This document shows positions 14,032 through 28,192 of a stretch of 64,000 nucleotides of DNA, in pieces. Each line of letters starts with the position of its first letter. Positions within the stretch are counted from its first letter, which is position 1. Source of the stretch: Blepharisma stoltei ATCC 30299. Taxonomy: Eukaryota; Protista; Ciliophora. The notes under the pieces were generated by a model that was given only the letters and a program-made list of their open reading frames with translations, was not told the origin of the DNA and made no database searches. The stretch spans positions 1 through 64,000 of the forward strand of contig CBFDEM010000054.1 in assembly GCA_965603825.1 (NCBI GenBank), read 5' to 3'. The translations under genes were made by a program, and so were the position numbers.

Positions 14032-15690
14032 ATGAGTAGTAAACGATCAACTCCTAGATCAAAAATCGATGAAATTAAAGCACTTAGAGGTCTTTCTCGC
14101 CAAACGAAGACGAATATCCGCAACCGAGGACTCCTTTTAGGGTCAACTCTAACGACAACTCTCAATAGCATCGTCACAAATTCTGATATAACCCCATCTA
14201 ACAACTCTTTAGTGATAACCAAGCCCTCAGTCCCCCTCCTCCCGCTCTCAAAGCTTATCACCTACAGATCTCTCCGCGAGAGACGCGGAAACCCAGGTCT
14301 AAACCTCACTAATGCCTCGTTGAACAGCTCGCTTACTTCAAATTCCACAGTTTTGAATTCCTCTCAAAGAAGCGTAAGAATACCTCGGCCACCATCCAAG
14401 CCAAGAGAAGAGGAGCTTCAGAAGACCAAAATTGACCCTCAGATTGAGTTTTCTTCTTTGCAGAAGCCAATCTCAGCTGGTACTGCTTTAAAATTATTTC
14501 GAGAATCTTTGACAAATTATGAGCAATCAGAAATTTTGGAATACAAAGAAATTTACTACTTGGGTTTTAAGTCAAGCAAGAGCGGTACTTCTCAAGGCCC
14601 GAATTACGGCTTTGACGATGAAAAAGGAAACTTCAAGCTGTATAAAGGGGACCACATTGCCTATCGATATGAAATTTTACAATTGCTAGGAAAAGGATCA
14701 TTTGGGCAGGTATGCAAGTGTTTTGACCATAAAGCTAAGCAAAACGTAGCCATCAAACTTGTAAAAAGTAAGAAACGGTTCAGACATCAAGCTGCAGTTG
14801 AGGTTAAAGTTCTAGACACTTTAAAAAAATACGACCCTGATAACGCTAACAACGTGATTCGCGCTGAGGACCACTTCATTTTTCGAAAGCATACTTGCTT
14901 AGTCTTTGAGCTTTTGAGTTCTTCACTGTATGACCTATTAAAGTCTAACAACTTCGAAGGCCTCTCGCTCTCCTTAATTCGGCGGTTTGCAATCCAAATT
15001 TTTTTTTCCCTGAAATTCATACAAAAGCTCAATATAATCCACTGCGACTTAAAGCCAGAAAACATTCTGCTGAAGCAAGCTAATAAATCAGGATTAAAAG
15101 TCATTGACTTTGGCTCCTCGTGCTTTGAGTCAGAAAAAGTCTATACCTACATACAGTCACGATTTTACAGAGCGCCCGAAATCATTTTGGGGATCCCATA
15201 TAGCTATAGCATTGACATGTGGTCTGCTGGGTGCATCTTGGCTGAACTTTTTACTGGAAATGCCCTGTTTCCAGGCGAAAGTGAAGCTGAGCAGCTTCAG
15301 TATATCATGGAGATCAGAGGAGTTCCTCCAGAGGATGTGCTAGCAATGGCCACTCGCAGAAAGGTGTTTTTCAACAGCAGTGGCAGCCCAAGACTCGTTC
15401 CTAACTCTAAGGGAAAAATCCACAAGCCAGCAGCCAAAGACATAAGAGATGAGATTAAAACAGACGACGCTTTGTTTTTGGATTTAATTATAAGTAATGT
15501 TTATACAGAATGTCTTGAGTGAGACCCAGGGAAAAGAATAACTCCAGATGAGGCTCTGAGCCACGAATGGATTTTAGAAGGCATCCCGAAACCCCCAACG
15601 AGCCGCCCAACTACTTCAAGGCCGTTTTTAAATAAAACTTTGAGGGGTTTGGCTGTCAATAAAAATCATAACTATAAATTATCCAACTAA
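14032..15690 (+). CDS. DYRK2/class II DYRK kinase, one 15-nt intron (15494-15508)
   Basis: DH box (NYGFDDEKGNF), GKGSFGQV, HCDLKPEN, YTYIQSRFYRAPE. After splicing it reads DLIIKCLE-W(TGA)-DPGKRITPDEALSHEW. TAA at 15688. Confidence 0.93.
15494..15508 (+). other. 15-nt spliceosomal intron GTAATGTTTATACAG
   Basis: GT..AG with A at position 10; removal restores kinase subdomain XI spacing. Confidence 0.8.
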
Positions 15691-15748
15691 TTTCGTATTT
15701 ATTATAGCCTTTCAGCTTTCTAAGACATATTGTTTAAATATTTTTAAC

Positions 15749-17104
<1,356 letters not shown>

Positions 17105-18306
17105 TTAAGCCTATAACTGCCGAATTTAGAATTTGTTTCGAAAATGGAATTTAGAGGGAAGAACAGAGATGCCGCGATTATTCTTTTAATGGAGCAAGAA
17201 GACTTAGTCCGTGAATAAAGAAAACTTTTTCGATTTAAAAAAGAAATTTAAGGGAAAAAATTATATTATGAGCACGGTTTCGCTTTGTCTGTAATTATCT
17301 TTTTAAATTTTGAATTCTTATGATTTGGAGTTTAAGGTTTCGAATCCTCATTAGGAACCCTTTCCATACTTATAGCCTCGATGCGATTCAAAAGCAATGG
17401 CATACTTCATCTAAACTGACTACTAAAATATCTTCTCTCTTATTTTATTTAACTCCAGCCCTTTCTCGCACTTAAAATAAGGATGGAGACTCAAGTTTTG
17501 GTAATTTTTCTTTTATAGCAATGTAAAATTAATAGATTTTGTATAAAAACTTGAAGGTTGCAGATTGATGGATTGATATATTTCATCAACCTTATAGGAA
17601 ACAACAAAATTTAATCTCACTTGACCCTATGCTTAAAAATGACTGAGGTTGGGCATTTCTAAGAGTTCATAATTAAAATCAAACAAAAATCATTCAAGGT
17701 TGCTATTTTATCCCAAAATAATTCTCTCTTTTGACTACTCTTTTATAAAAAACTCTCTAACCTCCATCTAAAATTTTAAATCCCTAAATGCTCAATGAAA
17801 TTTTGAGTTTTCTGCGATCTTGTGAATTAATAATATCTTTGGCATTCACTGAGGGGTTTCAAGCTTGACAAAAAAAAATACATCCAAAAGATTTAAAAAT
17901 GAATCATAATCTCTATTATTAACCCTACTCAATTGGTTATGAACATTTAGCTCGGTTTAAAGGTTTAGTTACAAATCTTTTTTGATAAATAAAGTTTGCA
18001 CCATGAAATTGACTTTAATTTTCTTTCAAAATTAAATTTCATTTAAGATAATTTTTAAATTTTCAAGAAAATATTAAATAGTTTCTTTTCTCTTATACAA
18101 ATTATTTTAAAAAAATATTTAAATTAAAAATGACATCAATGATAGTAAAAAAAATTATTGCAAATTAATCAAGAATTAAATGCAATTTGCTTATTTCCTT
18201 TGAGAAATCATATAAATTTTGTTTTTAGATTATAATTAAATAAAGCATACCATTATTGAGTCCATAAAAAAACTGGAAATATTAAGTAAATAAATATTAT
18301 TTTACA

Positions 18307-19314
18307 TTAGGCGATTATCAGTAGCGATGCTATACTGTTTAAAACAAAATATAAAGAGCTTGAAAGTGTTCCAGATGGAGTTAATGTAAATTCAGTCTGC
18401 AAATTTCCATTAGAGCTTGAAGAACTGCTGCTTGAAGAACTACTACTTGAAGAGCTACTGCTTGAAGAGCTGCTGCTTGAAGACCCACTACTCGAAGAGC
18501 TGTTACTTGAAGAACTGCTGTTGGAAGAGTCATCACTGCTTGTAGAATTGCTGCTTGAAGAATCACTGCTTGTAGAATTGCTGCTTGAAGAATCACTACT
18601 TGTAGAATTGCTGCTTGTAGAATTGCTGCTTGAAGAGCTGCTGCTTGAAGGGCTGCTGCTTGAAGAGCTGCTACCTGAAGAACTGCTACTTGAAGATCCG
18701 CTACTTGAAGAGCTGCTACTAGAAGAGCTGCTACTAGAAGATCCACTGCTTGAAGAGCTGCTACTTGAAGATCCTGAAGAATTTGGAGCTACTGTATCAT
18801 ATGTCAGCGTTATAGAGGTACTTCCTTGACTTGAGTGCTGAATTGCTTGAGACTGGTAAGGTCCATTACAGTAAAGCAACTTATATGAAGTCCCTGATAC
18901 AAGTGTCATATGATTTGTAGTTCCTCCTGAACTTAAATTTCTTGTCCATTGATATACTGTATAAGTTCCGTTCACATATGATGTGAATTCAGTCAAAGAA
19001 AATGAATCATAAGGGGGAAAATAATCACCTGTGCAAGAAACACTTTTAACAAATTTGCTTGATAAGCCAATAATTAAGCAGTCAGCTTGTTCCATATGGC
19101 TATTACCGCCTGAAGATTTAATTCCAAGACCATAGTACCCTCAGCTGCTACTTGCCAATTTTGATGTGGAAACAGAAAGGTAAAATGTGACTGTGGTTTC
19201 TGAAGGAAAATATCAACCTAAGGTAACGCTGCTTGAGATTGATTTTGTTGTGTAGGCTGAGGTAAGAAAAGAGAACAAGAGCAAAAATAAAACCACTATT
19301 TTGAAAAAAGACAT
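18307..19314 (-). CDS. DOMON-domain surface protein 1 with long Ser-rich stalk and probable GPI signal
   Basis: Signal peptide MSFFKIVVLF; G-W(TGA 19213)-YFP, W(TGA 19141)-GYYGLG, MEQADC, WTRNL, IQH; poly-Ser stalk; hydrophobic C-terminus. Confidence 0.8.
18412..18780 (-). repeat. Coding low-complexity Ser repeat (15- and 30-nt units; SSSNSTSSDS)
   Basis: Repeated ctgctgcttgaagag-type and aatcactgcttgtagaattgctgcttgaag units. Confidence 0.85.
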
Positions 19315-19896
19315 TTATAATCCGATAAGGAAATTTTCTCCAATATAGGGCTAAGAATAGTTAGTAATAAATAAAATTGATTATTTTTCCTCTAAGTTAT
19401 TTATGAGCAATATCAAACTTATAATTTAAAGTTGTTATTAATAAAGATATTATTTTTCTGCAACTATAGTAATAAATTTTCTGGGAGGAGTTAGGTAGTC
19501 ATATTATTCGATAGTTTTTTATTGCAAAAAATAATATTTTATGACGTCAAACTTTTCGATATTTATACTGGAGGTATTATGTCCTCTCTTATACAAATTA
19601 TTTAGGATTCTTGCAGGTGGAATCGTATTTCATGTATCGGAATAGAATTCACATGTGAAGTAAGATAATGATTATTATTATCTTAATTTACCGCGATATA
19701 TATTATTTAATATTCTAGTTATTGGCTTTTTTAGCTGTTTTATAACTTTTGAGCTCTTTAAAATGTCATCCTTCAGCATTATTTAATTTTTCCTAAGTTA
19801 AAACATAATAATAGAATTTCTTTTATTAAGTATCAATAAACGACGCTGCAGGCTCAAATATGAAATTAGGTAATTATATGAAATCTATTTAGTTAT

Positions 19897-20520
19897 TTAG
19901 TTCACCATCAATAAAGTGACTATTCCAATTCCTATAATAGCAGAAGAGGAATCAGTAGGATTTCCATCACCACCAGAGTTTGCAGCAGGAGGAGCTACTG
20001 TATCATAAGTCAACTTCAAGGTTGTACCTCCCTCACTTGTATGCTGGATTGGTTGCGTTGTATACTGGCCATGACTGTAAATAAGCTTATACTCAGTCCC
20101 TGACACCAAAGTCATATGGTTAGATGTTCCTCCATTGCTTAAGGCTCTTGACCACTGATATACAGTGAAAGTTCCATTGGTATATGAAGTAAACCCAGAT
20201 AAAGAAAATGTATCTGAAGCTGGGTAAGCATCAGCGACGCACTGGACACTTTCAATGGTTTTTTGGGATAAGGCAACAAGTGCACAATCTGCTCCAACCA
20301 TATCCGTAGCACTGCCAGAAGACTTAAAGCCAAGACCAACGTAGCCATAGCTGCTTTCTGACAGCTTTGATGTCGAGACTGAAAGATAAAATTGTATAGT
20401 TGTGGTTGAAGGAAAATACCAACCCAAGTATATGTTGCTAGTAATTTCAATTGCAGTGTAGGCTGAGGTTAGGGAGAAGGAAAGGATGAAGAGAGAAATT
20501 ATTGCTTTGAAGAGCACCAT
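19897..20520 (-). CDS. DOMON-domain surface protein 2 (short stalk)
   Basis: Signal peptide; GWYFP, GYVGLGF, MVGADC, WSRAL, IQH; hydrophobic C-terminus. Confidence 0.82.
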   Translation of the reverse strand: MVLFKAIISLFILSFSLTSAYTAIEITSNIYLGWYFPSTTTIQFYLSVSTSKLSESSYGYVGLGFKSSGSATDMVGADCALVALSQKTIESVQCVADAYPASDTFSLSGFTSYTNGTFTVYQWSRALSNGGTSNHMTLVSGTEYKLIYSHGQYTTQPIQHTSEGGTTLKLTYDTVAPPAANSGGDGNPTDSSSAIIGIGIVTLLMVN

Positions 20521-20835
20521 TTATAGCGAAGCTAAAATTTGTTTAAAATCTCCATATGCTATTTTCTTGACATTTGAAGCGTTACAAATTTGTATGGAAT
20601 TTTTTTTAATTTTACAATAAATCAAGAAAAAAGCTATCAAAATGCTATGCAAGCAAGACAAATTCTTAAATAAATCCTAATAAAAAATATATTTCCCAGA
20701 AATAAAAAAATTTGGATTTCAAAAATTTCTTAGTAAAAATTCTTTCTTTTCGTAAATGTAGGCTGTTAAGCCATTCTGTGAAATCTAAAGAAGTCTTAGC
20801 ACTTGGATTTTAAATTTTTGTATATTTACTAAAAT

Positions 20836-21621
20836 TTAATATATAGCTAGGTAAATTGCCAAGATGCTCGCAAGACTGAGGCTGTATGCAGATGATAGAG
20901 TTCCATCAGGTGTCAAATTAGTTGACCCTGTCAAAGTAACCCATGTGCTATTGGTGGTTGAATCACTAGAGCCTCCTGAGCTTGACCCACCAGAGCTTGA
21001 GCCACCTGAACTTGATCCACCTGAGCTTGACCCACCAGAGCTTGAGCCACCTGAGCTTGATCCACCTGAGCTTGAGCCTCCAGAGTTTGAAGAACCTGGA
21101 GCTTCTGCGTCATAAGTCAGCGTAAGACTGATGCTTCCATCCTTCGAATGTTGTATATAATCTCCTGAATATTGCCCATAGCACCAAATGACCTTATAAC
21201 TAGTCCCACCAGCTAAAGTCATATGATTAGTACCTCCACTCAAATCTCTAGTCCATTGGTATACAGTGTTTGTCCCATTCACAAATGATGTAATTCCTGA
21301 CAATGAGAATGAGTCTTCTGGGGTGTAATTATTTCCTGTGCAAGCAACACTGTCCACAGTTCCCTTTGATAAGACAGCTATGACGCAATCTGCCCCTGAC
21401 ATCTTTGAGCTGCTTCCAGATGTTTTGAAACCTAAGCCATAGTAGCCTCAGCTTTTGCTTGACAAATTTGAAGTAGGGACTGAGAGGTAAAATGTTATAG
21501 TTGCCGTAGTAGGGAAGTACCACCCAAGGACAACGCTGCTAGAAATGGTTTTTGTTGTATAGGCTGATGCAAGGGAAATGAGGAGAAACAGGAGTAAAAC
21601 TTGTTTTTTTGATTTTGCCAT
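20836..21621 (-). CDS. DOMON-domain surface protein 3 with (GGSSS)n stalk
   Basis: MAKSKKQVLLLFLL signal; GWYFP, SW(TGA)GYYGLGF, MSGADC, IQH; about 8 GGSSS units; hydrophobic C-terminus. Confidence 0.8.
20968..21085 (-). repeat. 15-nt coding tandem repeat encoding GGSSS
   Basis: Repeated gagcttga(c/t/g)ccacc(t/a) units on the + strand. Confidence 0.85.
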
Positions 21622-21865
21622 TTATTATTCAGTAAGGAAATCAGTGACATTAAGGACAAGATTTTATAACGGCTCTAGAGGGGTTTTCGCAGTATAAAAC
21701 AAATTCTGAATTAAATAAGAATTTTTATACGTAAAAAGAACCATTATTATGCAGGAAAATACCTTCTTGAGAAATAAAGAAAAGGAGATTCAGGGTATTT
21801 TTGTTAATTTTTATTGAAATTTTTCTAATTTTTGAATATTTTTGATGTTTTAAAATAATTCTAAA

Positions 21866-22519
21866 ATGCAAAGGACTCACGATGAAGACTACGACTACCT
21901 TTACAAAATCGTTTTAGTAGGTGAAGCCGGAGTTGGAAAAACCCATTTATTATCACGCTACATCAAAGGGACGCTTCCAAAAAACCCAACCTCGACTATA
22001 GGAGTTGAGTTTGCAACCCGCACTGTTCCATTAGAGTCTGGAGGAATTGTAAAAGCTCAAATATGGGACACAGCAGGCCAAGAAAGGTATAGAGCAATTA
22101 CATGTGCCCACTATCGAAGAGCCGTAGGAGCTTTACTAGTTTATGACGTAACTAATGAGAAAACCTTTGCAAGCGTCAAGAGGTGGATGGAGGAATTGAG
22201 GGAAAATGCTGAGCCTGATATAGTAATTTTATTAGTGGGCAATAAAGTGGACTTGTGTGACAGAAATCCTGATTCCAGAAAGATCACAAAGGAACAAGGG
22301 GCGAGGTTTGCTATGGAAAATGGGCTCCTGTTTGAGGAAACTTCAGCTATTACTATTGTAAGGGTTAAAGAAGCATTTGAAGGGCTATTACAGGCTATTT
22401 ATAATGTAAAGAGTCAGGCTGGGAACACGAGGTCTGGGAGAATGTCTCAAACTAATCATTTGGCTACACAGCTAGCAACGAACCCTAAGGCGCAAGAAAA
22501 GAAATGCTGTGGAAATTAA
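21866..22519 (+). CDS. RAB11: Rab11-like small GTPase
   Basis: YDYLYKIVLVGEAGVGKT, STIGVEFATR, KAQIWDTAGQERYRAIT, YYRxAVGAL-like, NKVD, C-terminal CCGN prenylation motif. Confidence 0.88.
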   Translation: MQRTHDEDYDYLYKIVLVGEAGVGKTHLLSRYIKGTLPKNPTSTIGVEFATRTVPLESGGIVKAQIWDTAGQERYRAITCAHYRRAVGALLVYDVTNEKTFASVKRWMEELRENAEPDIVILLVGNKVDLCDRNPDSRKITKEQGARFAMENGLLFEETSAITIVRVKEAFEGLLQAIYNVKSQAGNTRSGRMSQTNHLATQLATNPKAQEKKCCGN

Positions 22520-22698
22520 CATTAAACATTATTAAAGCTTCTTTAAAGTTATTTAATTTGCTTTATTTCTTTCAAATTAAGGCTCAAATCATTTGAAGAA
22601 AATAAACTTAATAAGATTACGAGAAATCATAAGCTTTTATAAGAGAATTTTAATAATCATTTACTCTAAGTTTATTGCTTATTCAATTAGTTTATTAC

Positions 22699-23415
22699 TT
22701 ATAATTTCTCTATAGACTCCCTCATAATAATCGCAGGCGATTTCGACCCTGGCTTAGCTTTCAAAAAGCTATCACACACCCATAGCTGTATGATATTAAA
22801 TAAAAGAGGTACAATTATCATAACAACTATCAGCTCTTCCCTGGGATTAGAAGCCAGAGGCTCTAATACATAATTTCCTATTTCACTGAGCTGTTGAGAA
22901 TAAATGATGATCAAAATAATTAAAATTCACTTTGTCTGCATAAAAATCACCGTAATAATAATTGTCCCCCAGCACATAAGCTGTAAAGCCCAGATTCCTA
23001 AATCAACCTCGTCTTCAGAAAGCTCTGAGTAATAGCCACTTATGAGTTTCAGCCATCCTTTATGCCAGCTTATTTTTTCTACTAATTTAAGCAAAGTGTA
23101 AGCTGAGAAAACTCCAATTGTGCAGTCTATTGAAATATTGATGAAATATCAGCAGCAAGGGTTTTCATCTCCTTGGCGATTTGTAAGGATTACTGCTGCC
23201 ATTAAGTTCATGACATGGGCAAGGATAGCAGAAACTATTTGTTTAGATGTGTCCTAAGTAAAAAATACTAGGATGAAAATAATTAAGGGACGAGGCGGAT
23301 GTTCATAATATCTCTTTACTGAGTTAAAATTACCAAAAAGTGAGAAAAAGCAAATAGAAGCAAGTGTGAGCTGCACAAGTCCTCCAAAAATTCCAAACAA
23401 AGAGCATTGCTCCAT
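22699..23415 (-). CDS. STIMATE/TMEM110-family membrane protein, three 15-nt introns
   Basis: Spliced product: QLTLASICFFSLFVKRYYEHPPRP..LDTSKQ..AH..N...NPCC-W(TGA)-YFINISIDCTIG...ELIVVMIIVPLLFNIIQLWVCDSFLK. Confidence 0.85.
22936..22950 (-). other. 15-nt intron GTGATTTTTATGCAG (in-frame, no stop)
   Basis: A at position 10; removal gives Q-x11-K spacing as I recall it for STIMATE homologs. Confidence 0.6.
23254..23268 (-). other. 15-nt intron GTATTTTTTACTTAG
   Basis: Contains an in-frame TAG, so it must be removed to give L-DTSKQ. Confidence 0.9.
23319..23333 (-). other. 15-nt intron GTAATTTTAACTCAG (in-frame, no stop)
   Basis: A at position 10; removal gives SLFVKR, matching the family motif. 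Confidence 0.8.
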
Positions 23416-23968
23416 TTTGCTCTTCTGTTTTTAAAGTTTATGAAATAAATATTTTAATGCATAATATAATAAATAATAGTAAATTTTGAAATTAAACCAT
23501 TTTAAATGCTTAACCAATATAAAAGTAGCAAAATAAGAGCAATTTTACCTTTTAAAGTTTAAAAAGTGCTTATTTGATAATTCTTATTCTTATCTTTAAT
23601 AATATTTAATGGTAATTTGCGTTAAAATTATTTTTGAAAAATATGCTAAGGTTAGGTGTTTTTAAAGAAAAATTTGATTTAAAATTTAAAAAGTCTTCTT
23701 AATTTAGATGATTGGAACCTTAAGGGCTCAATAAAATTCAATTAATAAAGATCACTACATTAAAGCCAAATCTCCAACTAATATTATTTATTAATTAATA
23801 ACGCTTATAATCTATTATAAAATTTAAAACAATTCAAGTCTATTATTATTGGCAAAAGTTTATCTTTTCTCGCTTAACTTTCCTTTTTAATTTTCCATAT
23901 ATTTCTCATTATTTTAATTAATCAATAATAAGGAGCTAAATCCCTATTAGGCCATAAAGATAATAAAA

Positions 23969-25372
23969 ATGCAATCACTATTTTACGAAATTGATAAGAA
24001 TTCAAATGATCAATTCTGGATTCCTCCAGATATTAACATTCTCGCTGAGAGTTCAAATATAATTCACGGAGGCATCTTAACGGAAGTAAAGCCTACTGGA
24101 AAATCACATGAAACCTACTTCCGACTCACCAAATCTTATTTAATAGGGATCTCAATGTCAACTTCTGAAATAAAAAAAGCTACAAAGCTACGATGGAAAA
24201 TAATTGAGCCTTTCCTTGAAGAGCGGAAAGAAGACAACAAATTTGGCTTCCGGATTTGTTTTGGAAACCAATCCCAATATTTTTACGCAAAAAGTTCTGA
24301 TGATCTGGATAAATGAATTGATAAGCTTTCTAGGCTAGCAGTTATGACAGATATTGAAAATGATTATAAATTCCTAAAACAATTAGGCTCTGGAGCATTT
24401 TCTATCGTGTATTTAGCCAAAGATTTGGATAATTTCAAACAAGTTGCAATAAAATCTTTCAAGAAATCTTATTTAAATAGTGAAAGTCGAATAAATGCAC
24501 TGAAAAATGAAATTGAAATACTTTCATTATTAGATCATAAAAATGTGGTAAAATTGCATAAAGTTTATGAGTCAGAAAACCATGTACACTTGGTGCTGGA
24601 CTACTTAGAAGGAGGAGACTTGCTACAAAGAATTCTATATAAAGGGCCTTTTGATGAGAAAAAGGCATCTAAGCTTGCTTATAAACTGCTGTCATTGCTT
24701 GAGTATTTTTCAGAAATGAACGTTGTACATAGAGATATAAAGCTGGATAATATTTTATTGGTTTCTTCTGATAAGGATACTGATTTTAAACTAGCTGATT
24801 TTAATTTGGCCTGCGTTTCTGAAGGAAACCTCACAGCAAGATGTGGGTCACCTGGCTACGTCGCTCCTGAAATTTTACGAAAAATTCCTTATGGAAACAA
24901 AGTCGACGTTTTTAGCGTTGGTATTGTCCTTTATATGATTTTATCAGGTCATACACCTTTTTCAGGCAGAAACTCCAAACAAACCCTTATGAAAAACAAA
25001 CAATGTGTCATAAATTTCAATGATCAAAGATGAAGAAGTAAAACAAAATCAGCGATAAGGGCTATCCTTATTCTCACACAGCCTGATTATAGAATCCGTC
25101 CTTCAGCAAAAGAAGCATTAAAGTTTCCTTGATTTTCATCATTTAAAGAAGGTAAACTTGTCGCAGATTTTGGGTTTGGCTCTTGTTTTGTAAGACCCCC
25201 TCAGCCGAACAGCACACGGCTGCCTGATATTAATCAAGTTAGTAGGAGAAGAAGAGTGTCTGTTGATGAAAGTTCGAGGATAAATGAAATAAATGAAGCA
25301 ATTTTTAGCGGACTTATGAACTCGACTAAAAAGAGAGTTAGGAATTTAAGTAGGCCGATTGATGAAGATTAG
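23969..25372 (+). CDS. PH-domain + CaMK-group Ser/Thr kinase
   Basis: PH C-terminal helix DDLDK-W(TGA 24314); GSGAFS, VAIK, HRDIKLDN, DFN, CGSPGYVAPE; further TGA at conserved W sites; TAG at 25370. Confidence 0.88.
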
Positions 25373-25522
25373 ATAATTGTAAATTAATTTTTATCAATAA
25401 ACATAATAAGCACTCATTATTGCTACAAAAATCATAGTTTTGTAAATATAAGCTCTTTAAATTTGATAAGTATTTTAACAGACTTTAAAAGATTAGATGA
25501 CAAATATGATTATAGACAAAAA

Positions 25523-28111
25523 ATGGAAACATATATGCTTACTTTACTAGATGCCAATATAAGAGCTGAAACTATCTCAGAATTATCATACGATATAACT
25601 CTGCTGCTCACTGAGAATTCAGGGTTCTCTGGAATCTTAAAAGCCGAGTTTTTCTGCCAAAGTACAAAAAATCGTATTTTCCTTGATTTTCATGGGAAAG
25701 AAGTCCATTCTTTATCAATAAATAATGCAAGGCAAAAGTCTTTTATATACAAAAACAGCCAAATTGATTTAAATGATTTAGTAATAGGCAGAAATTTTGT
25801 TGAAGTCGAATTCGAAAATGAGTATTCTCATGATGGAACTGGCTTGCAACAGTACAGAGACAAAGAAGACCAGGAAGTTTATGTTTATTCTACCTGCAGC
25901 CCATTCGCAGCAAATCGAATATTTCCATGCTTTGACCAGCCAAACTTAAAAGCCTCTTTTTCCTTGTCAGTTTTTGCTCCGCCATCATGAAAAGTAATTG
26001 CGAACGAAAAGCATTCCAGAATTATCCCAATACCTAGAATTCCGTTTTCCAGCCCTTTATCCCTTCACATTTTCCATAAAACCCCTAAAATAAGCACCTA
26101 TTTATTCGCGGTATGTGCTGGACCCTATTCAGAATTTCGAAACGATAACAATGAGCTTTCTTTAGATTTAGGCTTTTACTGTAGAAAATCTATTTCTTCT
26201 TATTTTGACTCAACCACCTTTTTTAATTGGACAATAAAAAGTTTAGCATTTTTCAATGAATTTTTTGATTATAAATGCCCATTTTCTAAGTATGACCAAG
26301 TTTTTATCCCAGAATTTAAATGGACAGCTATGGAAAACGTTGGCTGTGTGACTTTTCTTGAATGAATTATGTGGTGGAATTCACAAATAGGGAAATCCCA
26401 GAACCTAGGAGTTTTTCTCCATGAAATGTCCCATGTGTGGTTTGGGAATGTGGTTACTATGAAATGATGAAACGACTTGTGGCTTAAAGAGAGCTTTGCG
26501 ACATTTTTGTCTTTTCTGGTAAAAGATACCATTTTTTGTGAGGAATTTCCTGATACTTGGATTGAATTTTTTATCAATAAGAAGCGTGGATATGCTATTG
26601 ATGAGCTGAGTACTACACACCCCATTTCGAGCATAATTGAAAATACGAATCAAGCTGAGACGAATTTTGATGGGATTTCTTATAACAAAAGCTCAGCTAT
26701 ATTAAAACAGCTTTATTTTTTGGTAGGTAAAGAAGTTTTTGCAGAAAGCTTAAAAAGTTACATTAAGAAATACCAATTTTCTAATGCAGATTTCCAAGAT
26801 TTAATTGATATTATAATAGAGCAGGCCTTAGATTCAGATATTTCTATTCAAGATTGGGCTGAGGACTGAATTAAAACTGCAGGTGTAAATGAATTAGAGC
26901 CTATTATAAGCAGAGACGAAAGTAGAAAGATAGTAAATTTTATTGTAAAGCAAACCCCTGGACTATTAGAATTCCCTACATTAAGATATCATAAAATCAA
27001 TGTAGAATTCTTTGACTCTTCAATGAATTCTATCCAAAAATTTACAATTAATGTACTTCCACAGCTGGAGACTGTTTTCGATCAATTTAATGGCATTGAG
27101 GCTCACTGCGCAATATTAAATGTTGATGACTGGGGATACTGCAAAGTCATAATTGACGAATTTTCAATGAAAAGTCTAAAAAAGCATTTTTCAAGCATTT
27201 CAAACCCATTAACAAGGCTTATCATTTATAAAGCACTTTGGGATATGGTGACAGATATCAAGCTATCTGCTGTCGAGTTTATTGAATGTTTTATAGCAGC
27301 TCAAATCCCGCTAGAAACAAATCTTTATGTTCTAGATTATGCATTTAATATAGCAACCCAAGCAATGAATTTTATTCCATCTGAAGCTTTAAAAGAGCAA
27401 GTCATGCACGAGATATTCAACATCATAGTCAATAAGATTGAAAATTCAGTCAACGATGAAGAACTATTTCTATTTAAAAATATGTCTTATCAATTTCTTT
27501 ATGCCAAAAGTGATATTGAAAGGTGTTTAAATTGACTGAAAAATAATGCAACTGATGTAAAAAATTGAGAGCTTGAATGCTATGAGAGGTGGAATATTCT
27601 AAGAGCTTATTCGGCCATAAATGTAAATGCTGAAGCATTTATTTTGGAAGAGACAAATATAAATAAAAGCTCATCTGGCCATTTTGCAAAACTATTTTGT
27701 GACGCTGCATATCCAGATATAGGGAAAAAAGAAGCTGCTTGAAATATGCTTATAAACAATGGAGAAAAACTGTCAAGTAAAGAAAGGCTGGAGTTTATGA
27801 AAGGGTTTAATATCTCACGACAAAAAGATGTGCTAAGTCCTTTTATAGACACATTTTTTTCCAGTCTTCGCAGCATTGTAATTGAAGCTGGGCCAGAATT
27901 TTCAAGAGCCTTTTGCCAATATATGTTACCTTCATCCAGAAACGCTGAAGACATTATAGAAAAAATAGAAATTGCCATAGAGAATATGCCAGAGGAAAGG
28001 CTAGACATTAAAAGAATATTAAGAGAATCAGCAGATAAATACCAAAAATATAAAATAGGCAGGAATTTGTCTCAAGAATATTTAGATAAAAAATTAAGGG
28101 TTAGGATTTAA
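25523..28111 (+). CDS. pepN: Aminopeptidase N (M1 family) with ERAP1-like C-terminal domain, 862 aa
   Basis: FPCFDQPNLKA, TAMENVG, HEMSHVWFGNVVTMK-WW(TGATGA 26465-26470)-NDLWLKESFA, FDGISYNK. Confidence 0.93.
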
Positions 28112-28192
28112 TTTTTAAATTTTAGAAAAATACTTTAATAATAGAAGCCAAGAATTTAAAAACCTTTGTATTTTGCTATAAAGCATCTACCT

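Noticed and set aside
18381-18829. Leu/Glu-rich and Ala/Leu/Gln-rich ORFs
   Set aside because: Alternative-frame shadows of the Ser-repeat stalk.
20864-21115. (ELDPP)n ORF or CRISPR-like array
   Set aside because: Antisense of the GGSSS coding repeat; there are no unique spacers.
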